Below are positions 1-10,379 of a stretch of DNA of 64,000 nt, in pieces. The notes under the pieces are model-generated. The model had not been told where the DNA came from, did no database searches, and saw nothing but the letters and a program-made list of their open reading frames with translations. The DNA comes from an uncultured Desulfosarcina sp. (lineage in GTDB: Bacteria; Desulfobacterota; Desulfobacteria; Desulfobacterales; Desulfosarcinaceae). The stretch's first letter is position 1, and every line of letters begins with the position of its first letter. Where the stretch lies: positions 2,464,001 to 2,528,000 of the forward strand of contig CAXXWQ010000004.1 in NCBI GenBank assembly GCA_963674945.2, in the 5' to 3' direction. The translations under genes and the position numbers were made by a program.

Positions 1-999
1 CTGACGGTCCGAGGGTTTCACCAGATGGCCCTGATACGGACCGCTGGCGGACAACATGCGCTCGTATTCGAGGCTGGTGACCACATCCGGGATGGTCCCA
101 TAGCCGTAATAATCCATGCCGGATGGATCAAAGGGTTTATAGCCGGGGGAAAGGATCATGGCCCCCACATTCAATGTCAGGGTGGTTTCCCGGTCTTCGA
201 AATTGATGGCACCGGTAGGGCAGAATTTTTCACAGGCCCGGCATTTTCCCTTGGTCAGGTAAAGGCAATGCTCCGGATCAATCGCGTATTTCAGTGGAAC
301 CGTCTGCCCATACTGAATATAGGCGGCCTTTCGTTTGGATACGCCCATATTGAATTCATCATCGACTTTTTTGGGGCATTTCTGTGCACACAGCCCGCAG
401 GCAATGCATTTGTCCATGTCGATATAACGGGGCTTTTGGCGGACGGTGACGGTAAAGTCGCCTTTTTGTCCACTGACATCGACGATTTCGGAAAGGGTGA
501 GAAGCGAAATGTTTAAGTGCCGACCGCACTCGACCAACTTGGGCGAGACGATTCACATGGCACAGTCGTTTGTGGGAAAGGTTTTATCGAGCTTTGCCAT
601 TACACCGCCGATACCGGGGCTCTTTTCCACGAGATAAACGTAGTATCCCGAATCGGCCAGATCCAGCGAAGCCTGGATCCCGGCGATTCCACCGCCGACG
701 ACGACTACCGCGCCGATGGTTGTTTCGGAAGATGATGCCAGGAGCTTTTTTGTCTGCAATTCATCGGCAAGAAAGGGTTGGCGGGATGTGGAGCCGGCAT
801 CCGTCCCGATCCAGTTGCGCACCGCATCCGGGGAGATACTTTGGGAATCGATAAACGCAAGAAAGGAAGATTTTTCTATGGCATACTTTTTCCCCACGGT
901 TGGCCGGGCTTCGAACTTGCCGCTTCTGATCCAGTTGCGGATGGTGTTTCGGTGCACGCCCAACGCCTGGGCCAGTTCACCGACACGAATGGTAATCAT
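1..999 (-). CDS. hdrA: HdrA-family FAD/FeS protein (selenoprotein, UGA at 553-555) with N-terminal excisionase-like HTH; runs off the window edge
   Basis: ATG at 999 with AAGGAG RBS. N-terminus [28 protein letters not shown] is followed by [21 protein letters not shown]...[28 protein letters not shown]. The frame stays open to base 1 with [21 protein letters not shown] and [16 protein letters not shown], all typical HdrA motifs. Confidence 0.93.
515..531 (-). promoter_or_regulatory. Putative bacterial SECIS hairpin
   Basis: GAGUGC-GGUCG-GCACUU begins 21 nt after the in-frame UGA. The G-rich GGUC loop resembles the E. coli fdhF SECIS. Confidence 0.7.
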
Positions 1000-1493
1000 G
1001 AAAGCTCCTTTCCAATTATTTCCAGAATCCGGCAACTGGCCATCTTTACGGCCTTCGCCATTGCCGATGACAACCCCGGCGCCACATGATCCGGAATCGT
1101 CTGGATCTGACCGACGAGAACGCGGATGTCCATGTCGGTATCGGTCTTCAGTTCTTTGAGCATGTTGGTCGTGGGAAACTGGTGAAGTAAAAAATCACCC
1201 ATTTTTTTCGGATCGATCTCATCAAGCTCAATCTCGAACACCTCACCCGGGCGCCTGTCCGGATGCCGGGCGGCGTCGACGATGACAATCTGCTTCGGTT
1301 TTTGTTCCAGGAGCAATATGTCAAACAGAAAGTCGCGAATCGACGTTCCCACATCCAGAAAAGCGGCATCATCCGGCGTTCGATGGTGCGTCTCCAGATC
1401 GGCGATCACTTCGGGACCGAAGCCATCATCGCCGAACAATGGATTTCCACAACCGAAAACCAGACGCTGCTTTGTATGGATGAGTTCTATCAT
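996..1493 (-). CDS. Hydrogenase maturation protease (HyaD/HybD/FrhD-like)
   Basis: [32 protein letters not shown] and HQFP motifs. The stop overlaps the hdrA start (ATGA). Confidence 0.9.
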   Translation of the reverse strand: MIELIHTKQRLVFGCGNPLFGDDGFGPEVIADLETHHRTPDDAAFLDVGTSIRDFLFDILLLEQKPKQIVIVDAARHPDRRPGEVFEIELDEIDPKKMGDFLLHQFPTTNMLKELKTDTDMDIRVLVGQIQTIPDHVAPGLSSAMAKAVKMASCRILEIIGKELS

Positions 1494-1513
1494 GGAACAC
1501 CAAACCCATGGAT

Positions 1514-1658
1514 TTGTGCAAATTGTGCCAAAATGCGGCGACTGCATACGATCTGTTCAAGAATCGCATACTCAAGCCCACATAACAACATCGGTTTTGT
1601 TTTACAGGCATTTTTTGCACAATGGGCAAATTACGATGACTTGTGCAATCTGTGCAAT
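1514..1658. promoter_or_regulatory. Array of TTGTGCAA-like tandem half-sites in the divergent promoter region
   Basis: TTGTGCAAA-TTGTGCCAA at 1514-1531, TTGTGCAAT-CTGTGCAAT at 1641-1658, and an inverted pair TTGCACAA-TGGGCAAA at 1615-1630. Confidence 0.55.
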
Positions 1659-1795
1659 ATGAACGAGCGGCATGTCGGACCAAAACCATCTTTTTCAGCC
1701 CGCCTCTAAAGATTCGTCCTTTTATGTCGATCATGCCTATACCATATGAAATAGCAAAGATGGCATCGGTTATCGAATAGACAAAGGATCAGACC

Positions 1796-3754
1796 ATGAC
1801 CTGGAATTTGAAGAACAAATTTCTTATTCCGATGCTCGCACTGATTGTGGCGGGCATGGGCGTTTCCAACGTGATTTCCTATTCCAAGGCCCGCAATGCC
1901 TTGAAAGAGGCCATCATCGAAGATGTTCAGCATCTTGCCGATTCTACCTCCAAAATGATGGTTTCCTGGATCCAGGGGCGAAAGCTGGATATCAAGAACT
2001 GGAGCAGGCAGGAAGTTTTGACGGTGGCCCTGAAAAACAATCTTTTGGGAAAATCCGCCAGCCAATCCGCCAACCAGTGGTTGGATGATATTAAGCAGGA
2101 GTACGGGTTCTATGAAAATTTGCTGTTGGCCGATACCGCCGGTCAGGTGATCGCCAGCTCCGACACCGAACTGGTGGGCTCGCTCGATGTTGCGGAAGGG
2201 ACGGCGTTCAAATCCGCCCTGCAGGGAAAACTCTCCATTTCGGAAGTGACCCTCAGCCCGACTACCGGTGCGCCGGTATTCTCCATTGCATACCCGGTAA
2301 TGGACAAAAGTGCTGTGGGGGGTGTTTTTCTGGGTACGATCAGCGTCTCCTCATTCAGTGGCAAATTCGTGGATCCCGTAAAGATCGGCAAAAACGGTTA
2401 TGCCTATATTTACGATCAGCGCGGATTCGTCATCGCCCATCCCAAAGACAAGTCTTTGATCTTAAAGTTGAACATGAATGATTTGACATTTGGCAAGAAG
2501 ATGACGGCCATGGGATCGGGTATCATGGAGTACGAGTGGAGAGGCAAGGTCAAGACGGTCGCTTTCAAGAAAGAGGATGGGCTGGGCTGGACCGTTGGTG
2601 TGGGGGCGGATAACGCCGATATTCTGAGTGCGGTCAAAAGCCTGGGTGTGGTCAATTTCAGCGTCGCCCTGCTGGTGGTCGTGGCGGCCGCAGGGATCAT
2701 TATCTTCCTGGTGCGTGCCACGATCAGACCCATCAACGATGCTGCGGACCGGCTTAAGGATATCGCCCAAGGCGAGGGGGACCTGACCCAGCGTCTGGCG
2801 ACGACCACGCGTGACGAGATGGGGCAGATGTCCTCTTGGTTCAATGCGTTTCTGAGCAATCTCCAGGAGATGATCAAAGATATCGCCAACAATGCCGGTA
2901 CCCTTGCCAATGCCTCTAACGCGCTTTCCGCCATTTCCGAGCAGATGTCGACAGGCGCCAACCAGACTGCGGACAAGTCCTATGTGGTGGCGGAAGCGGC
3001 CCGGGAGATGAGCTCCAACATCGGGTCGGTGGCTGCCGCCATGGAAGAGGCGGCCACCAATCTCTCCATGGTGGCATCGGCCACCGAGCAGATGACTGCC
3101 AGTGTCGGCGATATTGCAAAGAATACCGAAAAGGCGCAACGTATTACCAGTCAGGCCGTATCCAAGGCCCGGGGGACCTCACAAAAGGTGGATGCACTGG
3201 GCAACGCGACCCAGGCCATCAGCAAGGTGACCAAGGTGATCTCGGAAATCTCCGAGCAGACCAATCTGCTGGCGCTGAATGCCACCATCGAGGCGGCCCG
3301 CGCCGGCGAGGCCGGCAAAGGATTTGCTGTTGTGGCCAACGAGATCAAGGAATTGGCCAGACAGACCTCCGAAGCGACACAGGAAATCAGGGAGCAGATC
3401 GAGGGGGTCCAAAACGCCACTCAGGAAGCAGTGACGGAGATCGGTGAAATCACCGAAGTGATCGGAAGCGTGGACAATGTTGTCAGTACCATCGCCGCAG
3501 CGGTGGAGGAGCAGTCGGTCACCACCCGGGACATCGCCGGAAATATCGCCCAGGCCTCATCGGGGATCCAGGATGTCAACGCCAACGTCGCCCAGAGTTC
3601 CAAGGCAACCGAAACCATTACCCGCGATATCAACGAGGTGAATCAGTTGTCCAACGAAATGACCACCAGCAGCTCACAGGTCCAGATGAGCGCCGCGGAA
3701 CTGTCCGGGCTGGCGGAGAAGATCAATGAAATGGTCATGAAGTTTAAAGTGTAG
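1796..3754 (+). CDS. Methyl-accepting chemotaxis protein, dCache sensor
   Basis: Two TM segments, a Cache-like [19 protein letters not shown] segment, HAMP, and the signalling hairpin [35 protein letters not shown]. Confidence 0.95.
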   Translation: MTWNLKNKFLIPMLALIVAGMGVSNVISYSKARNALKEAIIEDVQHLADSTSKMMVSWIQGRKLDIKNWSRQEVLTVALKNNLLGKSASQSANQWLDDIKQEYGFYENLLLADTAGQVIASSDTELVGSLDVAEGTAFKSALQGKLSISEVTLSPTTGAPVFSIAYPVMDKSAVGGVFLGTISVSSFSGKFVDPVKIGKNGYAYIYDQRGFVIAHPKDKSLILKLNMNDLTFGKKMTAMGSGIMEYEWRGKVKTVAFKKEDGLGWTVGVGADNADILSAVKSLGVVNFSVALLVVVAAAGIIIFLVRATIRPINDAADRLKDIAQGEGDLTQRLATTTRDEMGQMSSWFNAFLSNLQEMIKDIANNAGTLANASNALSAISEQMSTGANQTADKSYVVAEAAREMSSNIGSVAAAMEEAATNLSMVASATEQMTASVGDIAKNTEKAQRITSQAVSKARGTSQKVDALGNATQAISKVTKVISEISEQTNLLALNATIEAARAGEAGKGFAVVANEIKELARQTSEATQEIREQIEGVQNATQEAVTEIGEITEVIGSVDNVVSTIAAAVEEQSVTTRDIAGNIAQASSGIQDVNANVAQSSKATETITRDINEVNQLSNEMTTSSSQVQMSAAELSGLAEKINEMVMKFKV

Positions 3755-3774
3755 AGACAATAAAAAACGGGGGA

Positions 3775-4555
3775 GTGACCCATCCGGCTGTTTACATCAT
3801 ACATCGGCATCGATTATTCGGGTGCGAAAACCGCGGCAGCCAGATTGAGGGGGTTGCGTGTGTTCAAGGCATCTTACACAGACGGCCCCACAAGAGTATT
3901 GCCACCGGCAGGGATTCATCGGAACTGGTCGCGAAAGGAGCTTGCCCATTGGTGCCTGGAAGAGTTGAAAGGAGAAGCTCCGGTCATCATCGGAATTGAT
4001 CATGGTTTTTCATTTCCCCTGAGCTACATGAAACGGTACCGGATCGAACGCTGGGATCAATTTCTCGATGATTTCCAAAGACATTGGCCCACAAATCAAG
4101 ACGAACGTTCCGTAGAGGCCTTACGCATCGGCAACAAACGGACAGGAAAGCACACCGAATTCAGGATGACCGAAAATTGGACCACATCGGCCCAAAGTGT
4201 TTTTAAACTGGATGGTGCCGGCACTGTGGGGAAATCCACACACTGCGGCATCCCCTGGCTAAGATACATCCGAAGAAATACCGATCCCCCCAACAGACCT
4301 CATTTCTGGCCCTTTGATGGTTTCGAAATCCCACCGAAACGATCGGTTGTCACAGAGATGTTCCCCTCCCTTTTCCGTAAACGATATTCCCCCCGAAGAA
4401 ATTATACCGCAGATGATCATGACGCCATGAGCGTGGCCCGATGGCTCAAAGAAATGGACAGCAGAAGGCATTTACAATCCTATTTCAACCCACCGTTGAC
4501 CGCCAAAGAGAAAGATATTGCAAGATTGGAGGGCTGGATTCTAGGTGTCTATTGA
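3775..4555 (+). CDS. Hypothetical protein, DUF429/RNase H-like; start appears frameshifted
   Basis: The frame of 3845..4555 extends upstream to FTSYIGIDYSGA and contains IIGIDHGFSFP and DDHDA. It has no in-frame canonical start; GTG at 3775 is one base out of frame. Confidence 0.6.
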
Positions 4556-4755
4556 GCATCCCCTCCCCTTCCATTCGCTGTACGATCACAAAAATCAGTA
4601 AGATGCAGAAACGAATCGATGTGCAAATGGAATTTTTTCATTGTTTTTTACCGTTTTGCCTACTCTTTTGTCTAAAGTTTTTTCTTATGTTGGCGATCAT
4701 GTTCGTACAATGCTTTTTCTGTAAACTATTAACATTTTGAATTTTGGAGATTGTA

Positions 4756-6414
4756 ATGAGATCATTGCGAATATCAAACAAGGTCTGGATCAGCCTGGGA
4801 ATTTTGATCGTCGGATATTTCATATCCATGGTGGCCGGCTACTATCTCGGGCAGAAAACGGAATCCATTGTTCTCCAAGCCTCGGACGCCCTGTTTCCCG
4901 CTACCATGAACAGCAACGCGGCCCTGACCGCCTTCAAGGAACAGATGAAGGGGTACAACGACGCGGTGCTCATGGGGGAAGAGTCCATATTCACGCAGAC
5001 GAAGGAAAAATCCGAAGAGGTGAAGCAGAACCTGACGGACATCGTGAAGATGGAAGGCATCGATACCGCCCTGGCAGCGGACATCAACAAAACCATTTCC
5101 GCACTGACCGCATTCACCGCCACGGCCCAGGAGGTCTACGGTGCCATCAGCCGCGGCGAGTCGTCAGGAAACGACAAGCAGATGGCGCAACTGGCCGAGC
5201 AGACCCAGGGGATCCAAGAATCCCTGGCCCGATACAAATCCGAGCTGTCCAAACAACTCAAAGACGAACTGACCCGCATCGGAACCAGCTCCAAAACCCA
5301 GCGAATGATGAACATCTGGTTCTTTGTGGCCGTCGTTGCGTTCGCCCTGGTATTTGTCTGGTTCATCGTAACCAGAGCCATTACCCGCCCCTTGAACAAC
5401 ACGGTAACCATGTTGCGTGACATCGCCGAGGGGGAAGGCGACCTGACCAAGCGGTTGAACATTGCCTCCAATGACGAGGTGGGGGAAGTGGCCAAGTGGT
5501 TCAACACCTTCATCGAGAAGCTGCAAACCATCATCCGCGATTTTTCGGACAATGCCAATGGATTGAACGACGCATCCAACAATCTGGCCAAACTGTCCGA
5601 GCACATGTCCCAGGAGGCGACGGACATGTCGTCCAAGTCCGATGCCGTATCCAGATCCACCGAGGAGATGAGCTCCAATCTCAACAACGTGGCCGCCGCC
5701 ATGGAACAGTCGAGCACCAACACGTCCATGGTCGCTTCTGCCGCCGAGGAGATGAACACCACCATCAACAATATCGCCCAGAACGCGGACCAGGCCCGCT
5801 CGATCTCCAATGACGCGGTTCAGCAGACCAAGAACGCGGCCGAAAAAATGAGCGCCCTGGGCAATGCGGTCCAGGCCATCGGCAAGGTGACCGAAACCAT
5901 CAACGAGATATCGGAGCAGACCAATCTGCTGGCCCTCAACGCCACCATCGAAGCCGCCCGTGCAGGCGAGGCAGGCAAGGGGTTTGCCGTGGTGGCCAAC
6001 GAGATCAAGGAGTTGGCCAAGCAGACCGCAGCGGCTACCGGCGATATCAGGAGCCAGATCGAAGCCGTCCAGTCGACGACGGCGGACACGGTGGAGGAGA
6101 TCAACCAGATCAGCGCGGTCATCGACACCATCAACGAAAACGTCGCCACCATCGCCAACGCGGTGGAGGAACAGAGCGCCACCACCAGAGAAATTGCCAA
6201 CAACATTGCCCAGGCGTCCGAGGGAATCAATGAAGTCAACGTCAACGTGAATGACTCGTCTGCCACGGCCTCCCGGGTCACCGGCACCATCGGTGAGGTG
6301 AGTCTGTCGGCCAACGAAATCTCCAACAGCAGCGAACAGGTCAACCTCAGTGCCCAGGGGTTAAAGGATATGGCAACCAAACTCAACGAAATCGTCAGCC
6401 GTTTTAAAGTATAG
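4756..6414 (+). CDS. Methyl-accepting chemotaxis protein, helical (4HB-like) periplasmic sensor
   Basis: TM, about 150 aa of helical periplasmic region, TM, HAMP and the conserved MCP signalling motif. GGAG RBS. Confidence 0.95.
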   Translation: MRSLRISNKVWISLGILIVGYFISMVAGYYLGQKTESIVLQASDALFPATMNSNAALTAFKEQMKGYNDAVLMGEESIFTQTKEKSEEVKQNLTDIVKMEGIDTALAADINKTISALTAFTATAQEVYGAISRGESSGNDKQMAQLAEQTQGIQESLARYKSELSKQLKDELTRIGTSSKTQRMMNIWFFVAVVAFALVFVWFIVTRAITRPLNNTVTMLRDIAEGEGDLTKRLNIASNDEVGEVAKWFNTFIEKLQTIIRDFSDNANGLNDASNNLAKLSEHMSQEATDMSSKSDAVSRSTEEMSSNLNNVAAAMEQSSTNTSMVASAAEEMNTTINNIAQNADQARSISNDAVQQTKNAAEKMSALGNAVQAIGKVTETINEISEQTNLLALNATIEAARAGEAGKGFAVVANEIKELAKQTAAATGDIRSQIEAVQSTTADTVEEINQISAVIDTINENVATIANAVEEQSATTREIANNIAQASEGINEVNVNVNDSSATASRVTGTIGEVSLSANEISNSSEQVNLSAQGLKDMATKLNEIVSRFKV

Positions 6415-6516
6415 CACCAGCCAGTTGAAAGATGTAGATCGATTTTTTTTCTCATTTGCTTACGGAACCTCGATGATCATTCGTTTTAACTTAAATCAAC
6501 TCAGGAGGAAGAAAAT

Positions 6517-6963
6517 ATGAGAAAAAGGACCTCTTTGCTACGAACAGCAATGGCCTTCCTGGTGTTTTCCCTGGCCATCATGGCACTTTGGCAACCGGCG
6601 GAGGCGGCCGACGTTCTCGTCATTGCCAACAAGAGCGCTCCAGCAGACGCCATGGATGAGGCAGTGATCAAAAATGTGTTTCTGGGAAAAACAACATCCT
6701 GGGACGACGGAAGCTCCATGGAATTCGTTCTCCTGGCCGATGGCCCGGCGCACGAGGCCTTTTTGAAGGGCTTTGTCAAAAAGACGCCTTCCCAGTTCTC
6801 CACCTACTGGAAAAAAATGGTGTTCACGGGAAAAGGCGCTACACCGAAATCATTTGCCACGGAAAGCGAGTTGGTCTCCTATGTGGCCGGCCATGCCGGC
6901 GCAGTCGGGTATGTTTCCGGCGCCGCCGATGTGACCGCCGTAAAAGTGGTGAACCAGCAATAG
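6517..6963 (+). CDS. Small secreted periplasmic binding protein (PBP2/phosphate-binding-like), copy 1
   Basis: Signal peptide ending AEA, then VLVIANKS, IKNVFLGKTTSW, YWKKMVFTGKG and GAVGYV motifs. AGGAGG RBS. Confidence 0.8.
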   Translation: MRKRTSLLRTAMAFLVFSLAIMALWQPAEAADVLVIANKSAPADAMDEAVIKNVFLGKTTSWDDGSSMEFVLLADGPAHEAFLKGFVKKTPSQFSTYWKKMVFTGKGATPKSFATESELVSYVAGHAGAVGYVSGAADVTAVKVVNQQ

Positions 6964-6978
6964 GAAAGGAGCGAATCG

Positions 6979-8190
6979 ATGAAACGAAAATATATTGGTG
7001 TAATGACACTTTGTGTGTTGGCCGCTGTTGGCCTCTTGGCAAACGCTGCTGGGGCGATGACGACGGCAGGAGTGGATATCCACGGTTTTATTTCCCAGGG
7101 CTTTTTATACAGCGACGAGTACAATTACCTGGCCCACAACAGCACGGACGGCAGCTTTGAGTACAACGAGTTCGGCATCAACTTTTCCAAAAACCTCACC
7201 GACAAGCTTCGCATGGGAATTCAGTTCTTCAGCCGGGATATCGGAGATGCCAGCAACAACAAGGTTACGGTGGACTGGGCCTACGGCGACTACCGATTCA
7301 AGGACTGGCTGGGCGTCCGGGCCGGCAGGATCAAACTGCCCATGGGCCTGTACAACGAAATCCGGGACGTGGACATGCTGCGCACCAGTATCGTCCTTCC
7401 CCAGGGGATTTATAACGACCTGCTCCGGGACACCCTCATCGCCGTGAACGGTGTCGGCCTGTACGGTAACTTCGATTTGGGAGCCGTCGGCGGGTTGGAA
7501 TACCAGGCCCTCTCCGGTGGTATTTATTCGGATCCCGATAGCGGCGTCAGCAAGTATATGGATGATGGTGTGGCTGAAATGGGGCTAGAAGCGATCGGGG
7601 CTACCGAAAACGGTACCGCCTATGCCGCTTCGCTCCGATGGGAGACGCCGGTGCCGGGGCTTCGGTTAGGGTACTCCTTTTGGAAGTCGGACCCAACAAA
7701 TAAAATCGGAGCGAATGGCGTCGTAATGGCGACCATGGAGGGTACGACCAAGACGCATATCGGTTCCGCCGAATTCGTATGGAACGATCTGACGGTGGTG
7801 GGAGAATACCTGCTCCGGCAATCCGATATCAAGGTCGGGTCTTCGGACGTGGGCAAAGACATGGAAACCTATTACGTCTCCGCCTCATACGTGTTTACCG
7901 ACTGGTTCACCCTGGGCGCCTACTATTCCCTATATTACCCGGACAAGGATGATAAGGACGGCGACGATCTGGTGGCCGCGGACGAGCCCGATCATGGTGC
8001 CTGGGAGAAAGACCTGGCCATGACCTTGCGTTTCGATATCAATCCATACTGGGTGTTCAAGGTCGAGGGGCATTATGTGGACGGAACAGCCCTCGTGTTG
8101 GGACTGGACAATCCCGGCAGCAACCCAAATAGCCCAAATAGCGAAGACACCTGGTACTATGGTGCCGCCAAGGTCACCTTCAGTTTCTAG
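6979..8190 (+). CDS. Outer-membrane beta-barrel/porin, copy 1
   Basis: Signal peptide, alternating aromatic/hydrophobic strands, and a C-terminal YYGAAKVTFSF beta-signal. Confidence 0.85.
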   Translation: MKRKYIGVMTLCVLAAVGLLANAAGAMTTAGVDIHGFISQGFLYSDEYNYLAHNSTDGSFEYNEFGINFSKNLTDKLRMGIQFFSRDIGDASNNKVTVDWAYGDYRFKDWLGVRAGRIKLPMGLYNEIRDVDMLRTSIVLPQGIYNDLLRDTLIAVNGVGLYGNFDLGAVGGLEYQALSGGIYSDPDSGVSKYMDDGVAEMGLEAIGATENGTAYAASLRWETPVPGLRLGYSFWKSDPTNKIGANGVVMATMEGTTKTHIGSAEFVWNDLTVVGEYLLRQSDIKVGSSDVGKDMETYYVSASYVFTDWFTLGAYYSLYYPDKDDKDGDDLVAADEPDHGAWEKDLAMTLRFDINPYWVFKVEGHYVDGTALVLGLDNPGSNPNSPNSEDTWYYGAAKVTFSF

Positions 8191-8213
8191 TTCCCGGATC
8201 AGGGACTATTCTG

Positions 8214-8238
8214 CCCGGTGGGGAAAGCCCCCACCGGG
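8214..8238 (+). terminator. GC-rich hairpin after porin 1
   Basis: CCCGGTGGGG-AAAGC-CCCCACCGGG with no clear U-tract. A degenerate copy follows porin 2 near 10264. Confidence 0.5.
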
Positions 8239-8580
8239 TAGAAACGACACTTACCGTAACCATTAACCCAGTCGTTACAGCGTGCTAACAAAACATGATA
8301 GTGACATAGGCTTCATCCGTTAAAAAATTAGGTTCGGCTCAGTCCAAATGCTCATTTGTTCCCGTCCATTTCGTTCTTCGTTCCTCTCTCAACGTTCATT
8401 GAGCCCTCCATTTATTATCCGAGAAATTATCAATCAATTTCTTTCAAGCGTTTCATCTTGCCGCAAGCGGTGGGAGATTCGTCCCAAAAAACTCGTAACG
8501 GAGTTGGAAGTTTCGTTTATCTGGTGTGAACAGTTTGACACCGTATTTTTTTACTTATCTCAACTCAGGAGGAAGAAAAT

Positions 8581-9027
8581 ATGAGAAAAAGGACCTCTTT
8601 GCTACGAACAGCAATGGCCTGCCTGGTGTTTTTCCTGGCCGTCATGGCGCTCTGGCAGCCTGTGGAGGCGGCCGATGTTCAAGTCGTTGCCAACAAGAAC
8701 GCACCGGATGGTGCCATGGATGAGGCAATGATCAAAAATGTGTTTCTGGGCAAGACGACATCGTGGTCCGACGGAAGTCCCATCGAGTTCGTAATCCTGG
8801 CCGATGGCCCGGCGCACGAGGCCTTTTTGAAGGCCTTTGTTAAAAAGACGCCCGCCCAGTTTTCCACCTACTGGAAGAAGATGGTGTTCACGGGCAAAGG
8901 CGCAACACCGAAATCATTCGCCACGGACAGCGAGTTGGTTTCCTATGTGGCCGGTCATAATGGCGCAGTAGGATATGTTTCCGGTGCCGCCGATGTGGCC
9001 GCCGTAAAAGTAGTGAACCAGCAATAG
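8581..9027 (+). CDS. Small secreted periplasmic binding protein, copy 2
   Basis: 148 aa with about 19 differences from copy 1 (manual count). Same RBS context. Confidence 0.8.
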   Translation: MRKRTSLLRTAMACLVFFLAVMALWQPVEAADVQVVANKNAPDGAMDEAMIKNVFLGKTTSWSDGSPIEFVILADGPAHEAFLKAFVKKTPAQFSTYWKKMVFTGKGATPKSFATDSELVSYVAGHNGAVGYVSGAADVAAVKVVNQQ

Positions 9028-9041
9028 AAAGGAGTTACTCG

Positions 9042-10244
9042 ATGAATCGAAAGTATATTGGTGTAATTGCTATTTGTGTGTTGGCCGCTGTCGGCCTTTT
9101 GACAATGCCCGCAGGAGCGATGACGACGTCGGGTGTGGATGTCCACGGTTTTATTTCCCAGGGTTTCTTGTACAGCGACGAATACAATTACCTGGCCCAC
9201 AACAGCACGGACGGCAGTTTCGAGTACAACGAGTTCGGCATCAACTTCTCCAAAGACCTCACCGACAAGCTTCGCATGGGGATGCAGTTGTTCAGCCGGG
9301 ATATCGGGGATGCCAGCAACAATAAGGTTACTATCGACTGGGCCTACGGCGACTACCGCTTTCAGGATTGGCTGGGGGTTCGGGCCGGCAGAATCAAACT
9401 GCCCATCGGGCTGTACAACGAAATCCGGGACGTGGACATGTTGCGCACCAGCATCATCCTGCCCCAGGGAATTTACAACGACCTGTTCCGGGACACCCTC
9501 ATCGCCATCAACGGTGCCGGCCTTTATGGTAATGTGGACCTGGGAGCCGCCGGCGGGCTGGAATACCAGGCCCTCGTCGGGGGAATATATTCAGACGCCG
9601 ATAGCGGGGTCGGCAAGTACACAAATGACGGTGTGGCCGAATACGGAGGGGAACTTCTCGGTGATACCGATAACGATACCTCCTATACCGGAGCGATCCG
9701 GTGGGAGACACCGCTATCGGGCCTTCGTTTGGGTTACTCCATTACCTCTACAAAGGCGGTAAGTCAGCTTGGATTCTCCGGCGGCGCCACGGTGGTGAAT
9801 TTAGAGAGCGAATCCGTGCAGCACGTCGGCTCAATTGAGTTCGTATGGAACGACTTAACGGTGGTGGCTGAATATATGCAACGGAATTCTGAAACCGAAA
9901 TGGGATCCAGAACCATCGAAACCGATACGGAAAGCTATTACCTGTTGGCCTCATATGGATTTACCGACTGGTTCACCTTGGGCGCCTACTATTCCGTATA
10001 TTACCCGCGAAAGGATGATAAGGACGGCGACGATTTAGTAGCGGCAGGCGAGCCCGATCATGGCGCCTGGCAGAAAGACATGGCGGCGACCTTGCGTTTT
10101 GACATCAACGAATACTGGGTCTTCAAGGTCGAAGGGCATTATGTGGACGGAACCGCTCTTGTGCTGGGACTGGATAATCCCGACAACGACTTTACCGAAG
10201 ACACCTGGTACTACGGTGCCGCCAAGGTCACTTTCAGTTTCTAA
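9042..10244 (+). CDS. Outer-membrane beta-barrel/porin, copy 2
   Basis: Paralog of 6979..8190 with the same N-terminal half and C-terminal beta-signal. Confidence 0.85.
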   Translation: MNRKYIGVIAICVLAAVGLLTMPAGAMTTSGVDVHGFISQGFLYSDEYNYLAHNSTDGSFEYNEFGINFSKDLTDKLRMGMQLFSRDIGDASNNKVTIDWAYGDYRFQDWLGVRAGRIKLPIGLYNEIRDVDMLRTSIILPQGIYNDLFRDTLIAINGAGLYGNVDLGAAGGLEYQALVGGIYSDADSGVGKYTNDGVAEYGGELLGDTDNDTSYTGAIRWETPLSGLRLGYSITSTKAVSQLGFSGGATVVNLESESVQHVGSIEFVWNDLTVVAEYMQRNSETEMGSRTIETDTESYYLLASYGFTDWFTLGAYYSVYYPRKDDKDGDDLVAAGEPDHGAWQKDMAATLRFDINEYWVFKVEGHYVDGTALVLGLDNPDNDFTEDTWYYGAAKVTFSF

Positions 10245-10379
10245 GCTTCGTATTATCTTTCATCCCGGTGGGAAAGCCCCATTGGACAGAAGCAGAAGGT
10301 AACACAACCTCAACCCCGTCGTTACCACGGGTATGCAGCCCATGGAAACGACGGGGTTTTTATCTGTAAACATTCATCG

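Noticed and set aside
553..1035. 160-aa stand-alone ORF ending at TGA
   Set aside because: HdrA homology continues in frame past the UGA, so it is treated as Sec readthrough. The RBS supports a start at 999.
8256..10326. GTAAC...GTTAC motifs downstream of porin copies 1 and 2
   Set aside because: The spacing differs (13 vs 17 bp), and the similarity is explained by the tandem duplication itself.
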